Below, piece after piece: positions 1 through 12,300 of a stretch of 64,000 nucleotides of DNA (position 1 is the stretch's first letter; the number at the start of each line of letters is the position of its first letter). The translations under genes and the position numbers were made by a program. Source of the stretch: Azolla caroliniana. Lineage: Eukaryota; Plantae; Polypodiophyta. The stretch lies in the NCBI GenBank assembly GCA_043228905.1, contig JBHGNT010000020.1, positions 7,254,001 through 7,318,000 on the forward strand, in the 5' to 3' direction. The notes beneath the pieces were generated by a model. It saw only the letters and a program-made list of their open reading frames with translations, was not told the DNA's origin and searched no databases.

Positions 1-481
1 TACGTGGCTATCAAGAACTCGTTCTTCGAGAATCTTCTTTAGGTCCGTCGTCTGCTCTATGTCCGACCTTAGCTTATAGGTAGGTATAGTCCTTGTCCTC
101 CGAGCGAGGTCTTTGACACCAACCTTCACGGGCCGAACCGTTTCTTCAACTCGTATGCTCGGCTCCCCTTTTTGGCTTGATTCTCGTTCCTCCGTTTGTA
201 AAGGTCGACTCGTCTCCGCATCGTCCTTCTTTTTCGCGTTCCTTGTTTCATGTCTTTTTGATGGCCCTTGCTCTTCTATTCTCTTTCTCTTTTCTTCGAC
301 GAACACCTCGTGGTTGTCGCACATCACCTCTGCGAGTATGGTGTTGTCGTCCACCGGATCCGACCACCCGGTTATGCTTTGCACGCTTCGGTCCGCAAGC
401 TCTACCTCGTTCGATGTGATTTTTCCCTTCTTCTCATATTCGAGAACGGAAGTCCAAAACTTTGCTCCCGCTCTAACAGCT

Positions 482-1558
482 TCAGTCTTGTCTTTCCCGA
501 CTCTTATTCCGGCCGACGCAGCATAGTGCATCGCATCCACATGAGTCGCATCGGCATCCTCCATAGATCTCTTCATTCCTCCTCTTCCCGAAATTCACCC
601 GTAGGGGTCTTCTAGTCTCGCTTGAGCAGATCATGTTGTCCTCTATGTATACGGTATTTTGTCGAATCGCCTCTCGAAGGCTCGCACAATCCCTTCTCAT
701 GTGGTCCATGCTATCGCACCACACGCATCTAAAGGGTTCTTTTCCTTTAGGGCCCCGACGATTCATGTTGGCTAGAGTGACCTTCTCGAACTTCTTCGCT
801 AGCTCTTCAATGATGTCGTCATCAATCTTCTTTTCTTCCACGTTACTTTGTCTTGGCGGCTCAACTACTTTCGGCGGTCTTGCTTTCTCCGTGGTAGTCG
901 GTCCCGTCAAGTCGGTGTCATCAACCCATTGGCGACGCTTGTCGAGCCTATTGCATGCCCGCTTCACCGCGATCCAATCCACTACGAGCCCATTTGCTTG
1001 GGTATCATCTTCGAGAAGAGTCCCCAACTCCCGTCTATCCTTTATGTCCACGGCCTTCAAGAAGTACAAAGTCTTGTCCTCTTCAAGCAACACTTGGTCC
1101 GTATTGGGGAGACGACTAAACATCTGGTCGAATTCGTCGTACACCCTCGAGACGCTCATCTTCTTATTCCTCTTCTCTATCCACTTCATCAGGGCATGTC
1201 GAGTCATCCTCGTTGAGTCTTCAGTCACGAACTCCGCTAGTATCGTTTTCTCGAACTCGGACCATGTTGTCTTTCCTTCTTGAAGCTCGATGACGCGTCT
1301 TTGGATGTTGTTGGCGACAACTCTCTTGAAGCTTGCGATTTGACGTGCCTCGGACACGTCCCTTTGATTCATCTCCCTCTTATATGCATCAAGGAACTTC
1401 GTAACGTTCCTTCCATCGAATTGGCCCTCGAGCTCTACGACACGATCGACAGCCTTCTCCACGCTCGCGTCGTTGTCCCGAGATCTCATCATTTGCTCGA
1501 CGATTAGCATCATCCTTTCGAGCTCTCCTGCTTGGTTGCTTGAGGACGCCATCTCCAA
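482..1558 (-). CDS. gag: Retrotransposon Gag with CCHC zinc knuckle; frameshifted near the C-terminus
   Basis: ORF starts just after the PBS; FDGRNVTKFL Gag motif; CVWCDSMDHMRRDC = CX2CX4HX4C. Confidence 0.8.
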   Translation of the reverse strand: MEMASSSNQAGELERMMLIVEQMMRSRDNDASVEKAVDRVVELEGQFDGRNVTKFLDAYKREMNQRDVSEARQIASFKRVVANNIQRRVIELQEGKTTWSEFEKTILAEFVTEDSTRMTRHALMKWIEKRNKKMSVSRVYDEFDQMFSRLPNTDQVLLEEDKTLYFLKAVDIKDRRELGTLLEDDTQANGLVVDWIAVKRACNRLDKRRQWVDDTDLTGPTTTEKARPPKVVEPPRQSNVEEKKIDDDIIEELAKKFEKVTLANMNRRGPKGKEPFRCVWCDSMDHMRRDCASLREAIRQNTVYIEDNMICSSETRRPLRVNFGKRRNEEIYGGCRCDSCGCDALCCVGRNKSRERQD

Positions 1559-1593
1559 GTATTAATCTTGACTTGATCCTTCCTACCGCCTCT

Positions 1594-1611
1594 TTCACGT
1601 CGGGTTCACCA
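1594..1611 (-). promoter_or_regulatory. Primer-binding site complementary to the tRNA-Trp 3' end
   Basis: Minus strand TGGTGAACCCGACGTGAA next to the LTR; same PBS at 48151-48168 and, with one mismatch, at 51587-51604. Confidence 0.85.
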
Positions 1612-1619
1612 CTTTATTA

Positions 1620-2699
1620 TGTCGTGAAGATCCGTCACTACGCGCGGATCGTGAGGCGGAACCGTCGGGGTTCTGGACCAGAAGGATTTAGAGTCGATAC
1701 AAGCTTTGGCGAGAAAGTACTTAAGATAGATTGGGAAAGAGAGAAGTTGAGATTACACGATCAATTTGATAACGAATTTCTTCCTCTTAATTTTCATAAA
1801 AAAAAACCCCGTCTTTTTCTCCTCCCCCTTCCCTCTTTTATAGATGCTCTCATGCATATGATGCATGTGAGGGTACAAGACATGCATAAATTGCATGTTT
1901 GCCATTTGGCGCTTAAGTATTACATGTGGTGTATGCTAACCATGTCACTCATTTTAGCTCTCATGTATGAGTATTTACATTTAAAAGTACAATGATAGAA
2001 ATATAATTTCACCTAAATAGCATGGCTTAATGGTAAGCCAATTGACTCCTAACTTGGAGGTGCAAGGTTCGAATCCATAATTGCCCTCCTTGTATATGTA
2101 AATATGTATATATATTTATATATTTATTTTATCTAGTCACCGGACGCCGGTTCGCCGGATACCAGTGCCTCGCCGGATGCCGCCGCCGAATACCGGTCCC
2201 GCCGCCGGATGCGGCTACCGAATACCGGTGCCGCCGCCGGATGCCGTCGCCGGATACCGGTGCCGCATGCCGCCGCCGGATTGCGGTCTGATGCCATCGG
2301 ATCACCGGCTCCATCGCCGGTCCGGTTTTGGTTGGCCAAAACCCTTTTCGAGTAGCTAGCCACCTCCACTCTTAGTTCAAGTTACCTAGAACTCTCTATG
2401 CTCCACACATAGACACAAAGATAATATCTTTTGCTCCACCTTATATATGATGAGAGCCGTATTTGTCGTGCCTATGTGGGATATCTCACAATTTTCTCTT
2501 TTCTTTTCACAAACTTTATACCCTCATATCTTGACATTTAGTTGTCCATTTCTCGTGTAATAAAGTGCATTCGAAACCTCCATCATTTTGTACTTAGATA
2601 TTAAAAATGTTATCTTCACAATTATTGTATTACGTGATTCATACTCGATTTCGTACGTTTTATGGGATTTTCACACTATTGCCGAAAATCTTCACGACA
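1620..2699 (-). repeat. 5' LTR (~1080 bp) containing a CCGG-rich minisatellite (~2139-2325) and a tRNA-like A/B-box module (2023-2076)
   Basis: TG...CA termini with 12-bp inverted repeat; TATA-like CTATAAAAAG on the minus strand near 1834-1843. Confidence 0.85.
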
Positions 2700-3610
2700 A
2701 CGGCGTCGATTTTGTCCGGTCTCTTGTCCCCGAACTGAACCGGCAGCCAGAGGTCTTTAACCACGAGCATGTCCCTCATCTTCGACTTCCACACTGAATA
2801 GTTGGAGCCGGTGAGCTTGAACATGCCGCCAAACGATTCGTCCATTTTCTGTGTCATTCGCTCTAATACCACTTGACGGGAACTCAAGCGCTCCCTATAC
2901 GCAACGCTCGGCCACAACCGATCTTAGCATCATACACAGAAAAACGGGAAATAAAACACGACACGAAGAAGAAAACAAGTGCAGAGAATGTTTACGTGGA
3001 AAGCCCAAAGAGGGAAAAACCACGGTAGCCCACAGGTTGCAAACTATCACTATGCTAGAATGTACAACAGTGAGTTCACGGAGGCAACGACCTCGTGCTC
3101 ACGATCCTCGCCAGAGGCGGCGGTTACAACCGAGGCAACGACCTCTTTCTCTCTCACTCTCTGTACACAGTTATGCCCTCTCACTTTTCTTGCACCAACA
3201 ACTATATGTATAAAAGTTTGCCCTAAGTCATATTTATACTAATATGACTTTTCGGCTATTTACAAGTATAGCCTCAATGGACTCTCAGAAACATATTTAC
3301 GAATATGTCTCTTCATCCGGTTCTCACCGGGTCTGCACCATCCGGCTCTCCGTAGCCGGGTACTCCTCATCCGGTTCATACCGGGTCTACACCATCCGGC
3401 TCTCCGTAGCCGGGTACTCCTCATCCGGTTCATACCGGGTCTGCACCATCCGGCTCTCCGTAGCCGGGTACTCCTCATCCGGTTCATACCGGGTCTGCAC
3501 CATCCGGCTCTCCGTAGCCGGGTCCTCCTCATACGGTTTCAGCCTCAGCCGAGTTTGTTCATCGGCACTGTTCTTCTCCCTTCCCATCCGGAGGGACTTG
3601 TCTCCCAACA
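2700..3610 (-). mobile_element. Ty1/Copia element 5' end: LTR 2874-3610, iMet PBS and Gag N-terminus, interrupted by the Gypsy insertion
   Basis: PBS TGGTATTAGAGCG at 2859-2871; Copia Gag N-terminus MFKLTGSNYSVWKSKMRDML; LTR has the CGTGGAAA...GGGAAAAACCACG motif and is homologous to 62034-62776. Confidence 0.8.
3313..3536. repeat. 54-bp tandem repeat (4 full units) inside the Copia LTR
   Basis: TCATCCGG recurs at 3313, 3367, 3421 and 3475, with a variant at 3529. Confidence 0.9.
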
Positions 3611-6056
3611 AACTCCCCCTTCGCAAGGTCCATACGGATTCCATCTCTAGAGATGATGAAGCCGAGAAAACGGAGGTTGGTGCTTCCCCATCGACACTTC
3701 TTCCATTGGAGTTGCAAGTTATGCTTAGTTATACAAGCGAGGACTTCAGCCAGAGTTTGAAGATAATCCTCCCAAGTGGCCGTGTGGATAAGGATGTCGT
3801 CGAGATAAACAAGGAGGATGCCTTTACTGATAAGGCCGGAAAAGATGGAGTTTGCCATGTGTTGGAATGTGTTGTCGGCATCAGACAAGCCAAACGGCAT
3901 GAGGGTGAACTGGAATAGCCCGCGTCGTGTGCGGAATGCGGTCTTGTGGGCGTCAAACGACGTTAAGGGGATCTGCCAATATCCCAAGGCTAAGTCAAGG
4001 GAGGTGAAATAACAGGAGCCCCCGAGCTGGTCCAAGAGGTCGTCCACACGAGGGAGCGGGTAGCGGTCATGGATCGTCACTTTGTTGAGAGGCCTAAAGT
4101 CGATGTAGAAGCGGAAGGTGCCATCATCCCTCTTGACGAGGTGGGGTTCTGAAACCTAATCGCTAGTGGAAGGAATGATAATACCTTTGCTGAGCATATC
4201 GGTGACGGCAACATCAATGCAATTGTGGTCAAGGGGGGAACGTCGGCATGTAGCCATGCGGATGGGAGCGGCGTCCCCGGTACGAATGACATGTTTTACC
4301 GGGAAAGAGACAGTAGTGGCATGCGTGGGTTGGGGGGCTAGTGATGGAGAACGAGCTAACAATTGGCGGACGGAGATTAACCGCTCCTTGGGACTGAGGG
4401 CCACCTGGACTTGGTTGAGGTGGGGGACATGTGGGCTATCATGTAGGAGGGGGAATAGAGGGAGCTTGTGGGACAATCAGTTTGTGAGCATCGAAATCAA
4501 TCATAGCGCAACGCTTGAGGAGCCAATCGCAACCTAAGGTGAGGGGGAAGAGTTGGTGGGGCAAGACATTAAAGTGGTGTGAGAATGTGAGAGTGCCTAA
4601 GGTAACGGTGCAGTGGGCTTGCGTGCGAGAGTGGTATAGATGTTGGTGATCGCCAAAAAGCACTTGGATGGAAGGAGTGGTGGTTGTGGGGAGGCCAAAT
4701 TGGTGAACTAAGGCGGTGCTAATTGAAGAGATACTACTACCAGAGTCTAATAGGATGGTGTGTGTGGAGTGATTACCTGTGAACTAGAAGAGGCTGACAC
4801 TTGGACGTGGGGGGCTGGCTCTTCCATCAGTACCCCGGAAGTTAGTTTCCCGGAAGCTCAGCCAACGTTGCTGTGTCAGCCATGGTTATCTGGGCTTGCT
4901 GCTTGTGAGTTTTTGTTGCAATTTCCGGCAATAAAGTCGAACGTGTCCATAATTGTGGCAGTAGAAACACTTCAAGCGTCCTTGGGCATCGCGATTAGGA
5001 AGGTTTTAGCGAGTCTGCATCTGCACGTTTTGGACATCAATGTCCATGGGGATCACTCCTTGGTACTGCGCACGCAAGTCAGTCGATGGTGGAGGGGGCC
5101 ATCGTTGTTGGGAGTCAGATAGCGTACAAACTTCGATGCGTTGGGCAATGAGGATCGCATCGTTGGAGGTCTTGGGACCTTGGTCCCTGGCACGACGACT
5201 GATGTTAGGGCATAGAAGAGGCCATAAGAAGAAAAGCTTGACATGCTCGGGCATGGTTGGATCGGCCCGGACGAGGAGCTGATTTAGACGAACACCAAAT
5301 TGGCCTACTGGTTCCTGTGCTTGTTGTTGCAACGTCTCGACTTGTTGCAATGCTGTTTGGGCCCAATTTTGATGGGCAAAATATTGCATGAGGAGATCCC
5401 GGAGGATCACCCAGTTCTCCGTCACTTCGTTGGCTTGTTGTACGTACCAAGTGGCGGCGACATTTTCGAGCAAGGTGCGAACATCCAAAGCCTTGCGCTT
5501 GTTAGACCATTCCTGGTAACATGAGATCATCTCAAAGTGATCCAACCATGCTAAGACGTCCTCTGAGGGCAAGTGGAGAATGACTTTGGGAGAACCTTGG
5601 AATCTAGCTGATCTGGAGACCGATAGTTGGTAGCGGAGAGGAAGGATAGCATAACTTGGTTCGTGTGGCTGATTTGAAGCATGGCATTGGAGAGGACTTG
5701 CAGGAGTTGCTCCATTTGAAAGGGGGGTGGCCGCTCAGGAGGTCGTGGGAACTCAGATTGCATAGGGGTATCGACTTCGACGGCGACGGGAGGGAATTGG
5801 GACACCATTAACGAGGTGATAGTGGCAAAAAATGTACCCTGCATCTCCACCAATTATGTGAAATGCACATAAATGGAATCCAAACCAACATGCTTAGCTT
5901 CTTACTTCCTATTCAATTTATCACCGTACAAAGGTACCCATTTGGGTTGGCTTAACTTAGCTACATGCGTCCTAACAAGGGTATGCTAAAAGGGGCACAA
6001 AAGAACACATGCACACCGAACATAAAGGCATGCACTGGCATCCAAGGGACACCACA
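3611..6056 (-). mobile_element. Degenerate Ty3/Gypsy element (tRNA-Ala-primed): short LTR ~5857-6056, gag, protease, partial RT
   Basis: PBS TGGTGGAGATGCAGGGTA at ~5835-5852; Gag ORFs 5006-5853; CFYCHNYGH zinc knuckle at ~4920-4970; ILLDSGS protease at ~4730-4760; RT YLDD in ORF 3559-4080. Confidence 0.8.
3615..5853 (-). pseudogene. pol: gag-pol pseudogene (Gag, PR, RT), truncated within RT at the Copia LTR
   Basis: Broken ORFs 5551-5853, 5006-5572, 4439-4663, 4156-4476 and 3559-4080 carry Gypsy motifs (MPFGL, YLDD, FLGFIIS). Confidence 0.8.
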
Positions 6057-6302
6057 ACAATATATTTCGGTTCTCGTATTGTGTTCTTTATGTTCAATCT
6101 CTTCAATCTGCTGAGTTTTGGTTTTGCCTCTTGTTCCTAGACAATCTTATTTATCGTAGATCGATAGAATGTAAAGATTATAATATTAAACCATGAATTC
6201 CTCACATCCTTATTGTTTATAATTGTGTTGTTGTCCTAGGAGAATAATATTACAATTATTCTCGGAAATTATTTCTAAAGTTCTATCTTTCGAAATAAGT
6301 AA

Positions 6303-9300
6303 TGAAAACTTAGGGATTTGAACCCATGGCCATGTAGATTGGAGGCTAAATCCAATGCCATAGACCACTCGGCCAAATTGTCGAGTTGTTGAATAATGGA
6401 AGTCCAAACACCATGAATACAATATATTCAACGTGCCATGTATTTTCATGTTCATCTTCGATCTCTTCTATCTAATTTAGCACAAACATAACCCTTGCAA
6501 AGACTATGACTAGAGGTTTGTTACTGGTCAATTATACTAGAACCACTATAGATAGATTCATACACTTGAAGAAAGTGATTGAGGAGATGGGTAAAAGAAG
6601 AAGAAGAAGAGAGTTTGGTTGTGTTGTTGCACACTATATGAGCATGGGAATTTGCCAAACATATAACCCTAGCAAAACCAACAAATAAAGCTTCTTACTT
6701 TTCATATTTACCAAATTTAGTTTGGAAATCGGTAACAAAATTGACGATAGAAACTTATGATTCTATGATAACAAAATGTTTGCCAGTATAATTGCCTTCT
6801 TTTCAAAGGAGAATAATATTAAAAGCCTGTGAAAGCCCTTGAAAGCCTTAGAAAGTCGTGGAAGCACTTAAAACAAGCTTCGTTACGAGATATACAAAAT
6901 TTAATTTTGTAATATGTAATAGAAGCGATGAGATTAATTAAGAATCATGCGTTGTCAATCTCAACATACTCAGTATGAATTACGGTTCTCATATTGTGTT
7001 CTTTATGTTTCATCTCTTCAATCGGTTCAGTTTTGGTTTTGCCTCTTGTTCTTGGAAAATCTTATTTATCGTAGATCGATATAACGTAAAGATTGCAATA
7101 TTAAACCATTAATTCCTCACATCCTTATTGTTTATAATTGCCTTGTTGTCCTAAGAGAATAATATTACAATTATTATTTCCAATCTTCTATCTTTTGAAA
7201 TACGTGATGACAACTATAAGATTTGAACCCATGCCCTTGCATAATGGAGCCTAAATCCAACACCATAGACCACTCCGCCAAATTGTATTGTTGAATAATG
7301 GAAGTTCAAACACATGAATACAATATATTCAACATTTATAACGGGGCATGTATTTTCTTGTTCAACTTAGATCTCTTCTATCGAATTTTGCACCAACATA
7401 ACACTTGCAAAGACTATGACTAGAGCTTTGTTACTAGTCAATTATACTAGAACCACTATAGATAGATTCATACACTTGAAGAAAGTGATTGAGGAGATGG
7501 GTAAAAGAAGAAGAAGAAGAGAGTTTGGTTGTGTTGTTACACACTACATAAGCATGGGAATTGGCCAAAAATATTACCCTAGGAAATCCAACAAATAAAT
7601 CTTCTTACTTGTCATATTTACCAAATTTAGTTTCGAAATCGGTAGCAAAAGCGACAATAGAAATTTACAATTGTGCGATAATCAGAAGTTTGCCAGTATA
7701 ATTGCCTTATTTTCTAAGGAGAATAAGATTAAAAGTACTTGAAAGCCCTTGAAGCACTTAAAACGAGCTTAATTTTGTAATATGTAATAGAAGTGATGAG
7801 ATTAATTAAGAATCATGCGTTGTCAATCTAAACATACTCAGTATGCATTACGGTTCTCATATTGTGTTCTTTATGTTTGATCTCTTCAATCGGCTGAGTT
7901 TTGGTTTTCCCTCTTGTTACTGGAAAATCTTATTTATTGTAGATCGATAGAATGTAAAGATTACAATATTAAACCATTAATTCCTCACATCCTTATTGTT
8001 TATAATTGCCTTGTTGACCTAGGAGAATAATATTACAATTATTATTTCCAATCTTCTATCTTTCGAAATACGTGATGACAACTATGAGATTTGAACCCAT
8101 GCCCTTACGGATTGGAGCCTAAATCCAACACCTTAGACAACTCGGCCAAATTGTCCAATTGTTGAATAATTGAAGTCCAAACACCATGAATACAATATAT
8201 TCAACGTTTATAACAAGCCATGTATTTTCTTGTTCATCTTCGATCTCTTCTATCTAATTTAGCACAAACATAACCTATGGAAAGCCTATGACTAGAGCTT
8301 TGTTAGTGGTCAATTATACAAGAACCAAAATATATAGATTCCTACACATGAAGAGAGTTACTGAGGAGAGGGGTAGAAGAAGAAGAAGAGAGTTTGGTTG
8401 TGTTGTTGCAGACTATATGAGCATGGGAATTTGCCAAAAATATAACCCTATGAAAACCAACTAATGAAGCTTCTTACTTGTCATATTTACCAAATTTAGT
8501 TGGAAATCGGTAACAAAAGCGACGATAGAAATTTATAATTGTGCGATAATCAAATGTTTGCTAGTGTGATTGCCTTCTTCTGTAAGGAGAATAATATTAC
8601 AGTTATTATGTGAAATAATTTCTAATCTTCCATCTATTAGAAATGTAATTTGGCACGAACATCAGCCTCTAAAAGACTTTGAAGTACTTCAAAAGATCTT
8701 CGTTACGAAATATCTAAAATTTAATTTCGTAATATGTAATAGAAGCAATGAGATTAATTAAGAATCATGTGTTGTCAATCTAAACATACTAAGTATGAAT
8801 TACGGTTCTCATATTGTGTTCTTTATGTTTGATCTCTTCAATCGGCTGAGTTTTGGTTTTGCCTCTTGTTCCTGGAAAATCTTATTTATCGTACATCAAT
8901 AGCATGTAAAGATTACAACAGTAAACCATGAATTCCTCACATGCTTATTGTTTATAATTGCCTTGTTGTCCTAAGAAAATAAAATGAGAATTATTATTTC
9001 CAATCTTATATTTTTCGAAATACTAGAACCAAAATAGCTAGATTCATACACATGAAGTTAGATATTTTTAGTTATACTTGCTTTCTTTAAATAGGAGAAT
9101 GATACAACAATTATTACGCGAAATTATTTCGAATCTTCAATCTATTAACAACGTAATTTGGCACAAACATAAGCCTTAGAAAGCCCGTTAAGCAGTTGAA
9201 ACGAGCTTCATTACAAGATATACAAAATTTAATCTGGTATATGTAATAGAATCGATGAGATTAATTAAGAATCATGTGTTATCAATCTAAACATACTTAA

Positions 9301-12300
9301 TATGCATTACGGTTCTCGTATTGTGTTCTTTATGTTCGATCTTTTGAATCTGTTGAGTTAAGGTTTTTTCCTCTTGATCGTTTAAAGATTATAATATTAA
9401 ACCATCAATTCCTCACATGCTTATTGTTAATAATTGCCTTGTTGTCCTAGGCGGAAAATATTACAATTAGTATGCCAAATTATTTCCCATCTTCTATGTT
9501 TCGAAATAAGCAATGAAAACTATGGGATTTGAACCCATGACCTTCCGAATAGAAGCCTAAACCCAATGCCTTAGACCACTCGGCCAAATTTTCCAACTTA
9601 CAAATGGAAGTCCTTCCAAACACCATGAATACAATATATTCAACGTTTATTACGGGGCATATATTTTCTTTGTCATGTTCAATCTCTTCTATCTAACTTA
9701 GCAAAAACATAAGCCTTGGAAAGCCAATCACTAGAGCTTTGTCACTGGTCAGATATACTAGAACCAAAATAGATAGATTCATACACATGAAAAAAGTGCC
9801 TGAGGAGAGGGGTAGAAGAAGAAGAAGAGAGTTTGGTTGTGTCGTTAGAAACGTAATTATTTCCAATCTTCCATCTATTAGAAACGTAATTTGGCCCAAA
9901 CATAAGCCTCTGAAAGCTCTTGAAACGAGGTATACAAAATTTAATTTGGTAATATGTAATAGAAGCGATGAGATTAATTAAGAATCATGTGTTGTCAATC
10001 CAAAGAAACTCAGTACGCATTATGGTTCTCGTATTGTGTTGTTTCTCTTCGACCTCTTTTGAAATAAGCAATGACAACTATGAGATTTGAATCCATGCCT
10101 TTGTGGATTGGAGCCTACATCCAACGCCTTAGACCACTCCACCAAATTGTGCAGCTGTTGAAAGATAGATGTCTAATAAGCATGAATTCAATATATTGAA
10201 CATTTACTTCAGGCATGTATTTTCTTCTTCATCGGCGATCTATTCAATCTAATTTAGCACAAACATAAGTCTTGGAAAGCCTATGACTAGATCTTTGTTA
10301 TTGATCAGATATATACTAGAACCAAAATAGATAGATTCGTACACATGAAGAAAGTAACTGAGGAGAGGTGTAGAAGAAGAAGAAGAGAGTTTGGTTGTGT
10401 CGTTGCACTCTCTATTAGCATGGGAATTTGCCACAATTATAAGTCTAGGAAAACCAACAAATAAAGCTTCTTACTTGTGATATTTACCAAATTTAGTCTG
10501 GAAATCGGTAACAAAAGCGACAATATAAATTTATAATTGTGCAAAACTCAGATGTTTTTAGTTATACTTCCCTTGTGTTCATAGGAGAATAATCCTACAT
10601 TTATTATATGAAATTATTTCGAATCTTCGATCTATTAGCAACGTAATTTAGCACAAACATAAACCTTCGACCTGAAATGACTTTCGTTACGAGATATCCA
10701 AAATTAAATCTGGTAATATGTAATAGAAGCGATGAGATTAATTAAAAATCGTGTGTTGTTAATCTAAACATACAAGTATGCACTACAGTTCTCGTATTGT
10801 GTTCTTTATGTTCGATCTCTTCAATATTAAGTTTTGTTTTTGCCTTTAGTTCCTGGAATATCTTATTTATCGTAGATCAAAAGAGTGTAAAGATTATAAT
10901 ATTAAACCATGAATTCCTAAAATGCTTATTGTCCTAGGATAATAATATTACAATTAGTATGGGAAATTATTTCCAATCTTTTATATTACGAAGTCAGCAA
11001 TGACAACTATGGGATTTGAACCCATGCCCTTGTTGATTGGAGCCTAAATCCAATGCCATAGACCACTCAGCCAAATTTTCCAGTTGTTGAATAATAGAAC
11101 TCCAAACATCATCAATTAAATATATTCAACATTTATAAAGGGGCATGTATTTTATTTTCAATATTCGATCTCTTCTATCTAATTTAGCACAAACATAAGC
11201 CTTGGAAAGCCTATCATTAGACTTGTGTTACTGGTCAGATATACTAGAACCAAAATAGATAGATTCATACACCTGAAGAAAGTGACTCAGGAGAGGGGTA
11301 GAAGAAGAAGAGAGTTTGGTTGTGTCGTTGCGCTCTCTATTAGTATCAGAATTTGCCACAAATATAAGAATCGGAAAACCAGGGAATAAGCTTCTTACTT
11401 GTCATATATACCAAATTTAGTTTGGAAATCATCAACAAAAGCGACGATATAAATTTGAGATTGTGCGATAATCAGATGTTTGTTAGGATAGTTGCATTGT
11501 TTTCTATGGAGAATAATATTAAAGTTATTATGTGGAGTTATTTCCAATCTTCCATTTATGACAAATGTAATTTCACACAAAGATAAGCCTCTGAAAGCCC
11601 TTGAAGCACTTGAAAGGATCTTCGTTACAAGATATACAAAATTTATTTTGCTAATATCTAAAAGAAGCGATGAGATTAATTAACAATCGTGTGTTGTCAA
11701 TCTAAACATACTCAGTATGCATTACGCTTCTCGTATTGTGTTCTCTATGTTCGACCTATTTCGAAATAAGGAATGACAACTATGGGACTTGAACCTATCC
11801 CTTGCGGATTGGAGCTTAAATCTAACGCCTTAGACCACTCGACCAAATTGTCGAGTTGTTGAAAAATAGAACTCCAAACACCATGAATTCAATATATTTA
11901 ACATTTATTGCAGGCTATTTATTTTCATGTTGATCTACGATCTCTTCGATCTAAGTTAGCACAAACATAAGTCTTGGAAAGCCTATGATTAGAGCATTGT
12001 CACTGGTTACTTAAACTAGAACCAAAATAGATAGATTCATACACATGAAAAAAGTGACTAAGGAGAGGGGTAGAAGAAGAAGAAGAGAGTTTGGTTGTAT
12101 TCTTGCGTTCTCTATCAGCATGGGAATTTGCAACAAATACAAGCCTAGGAAAACAAACCAATAAAGCTTGTTACTTGTCATATTTACAAAATTTAGATTG
12201 GAAATCGGTAACAAAAGCAACGATATAAATTTGTAATTGTGCGATAATCAGATGTTTGTTAGGATAGTTGCCTTGTTTTCTATTACAATGATTATGTGAA

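Larger units (their letters stand above)
1..2699 (-). mobile_element. Ty3/Gypsy LTR retrotransposon, 5' part (tRNA-Trp-primed family); continues left of the window
   Basis: 5' LTR 1620-2699 with 12-bp terminal inverted repeat TGTCGTGAAGAT...ATCTTCACGACA, PBS at 1594-1611, gag ORF downstream on the minus strand. Confidence 0.85.

Noticed and set aside
2016-2090. Calling the LTR tRNA-like modules real tRNA genes
   Set aside because: No acceptor stem or complete cloverleaf; reported only as A/B-box modules
3244-3918. 224-aa ORF with 18-aa repeats
   Set aside because: Translation of the 54-bp LTR minisatellite plus antisense RT
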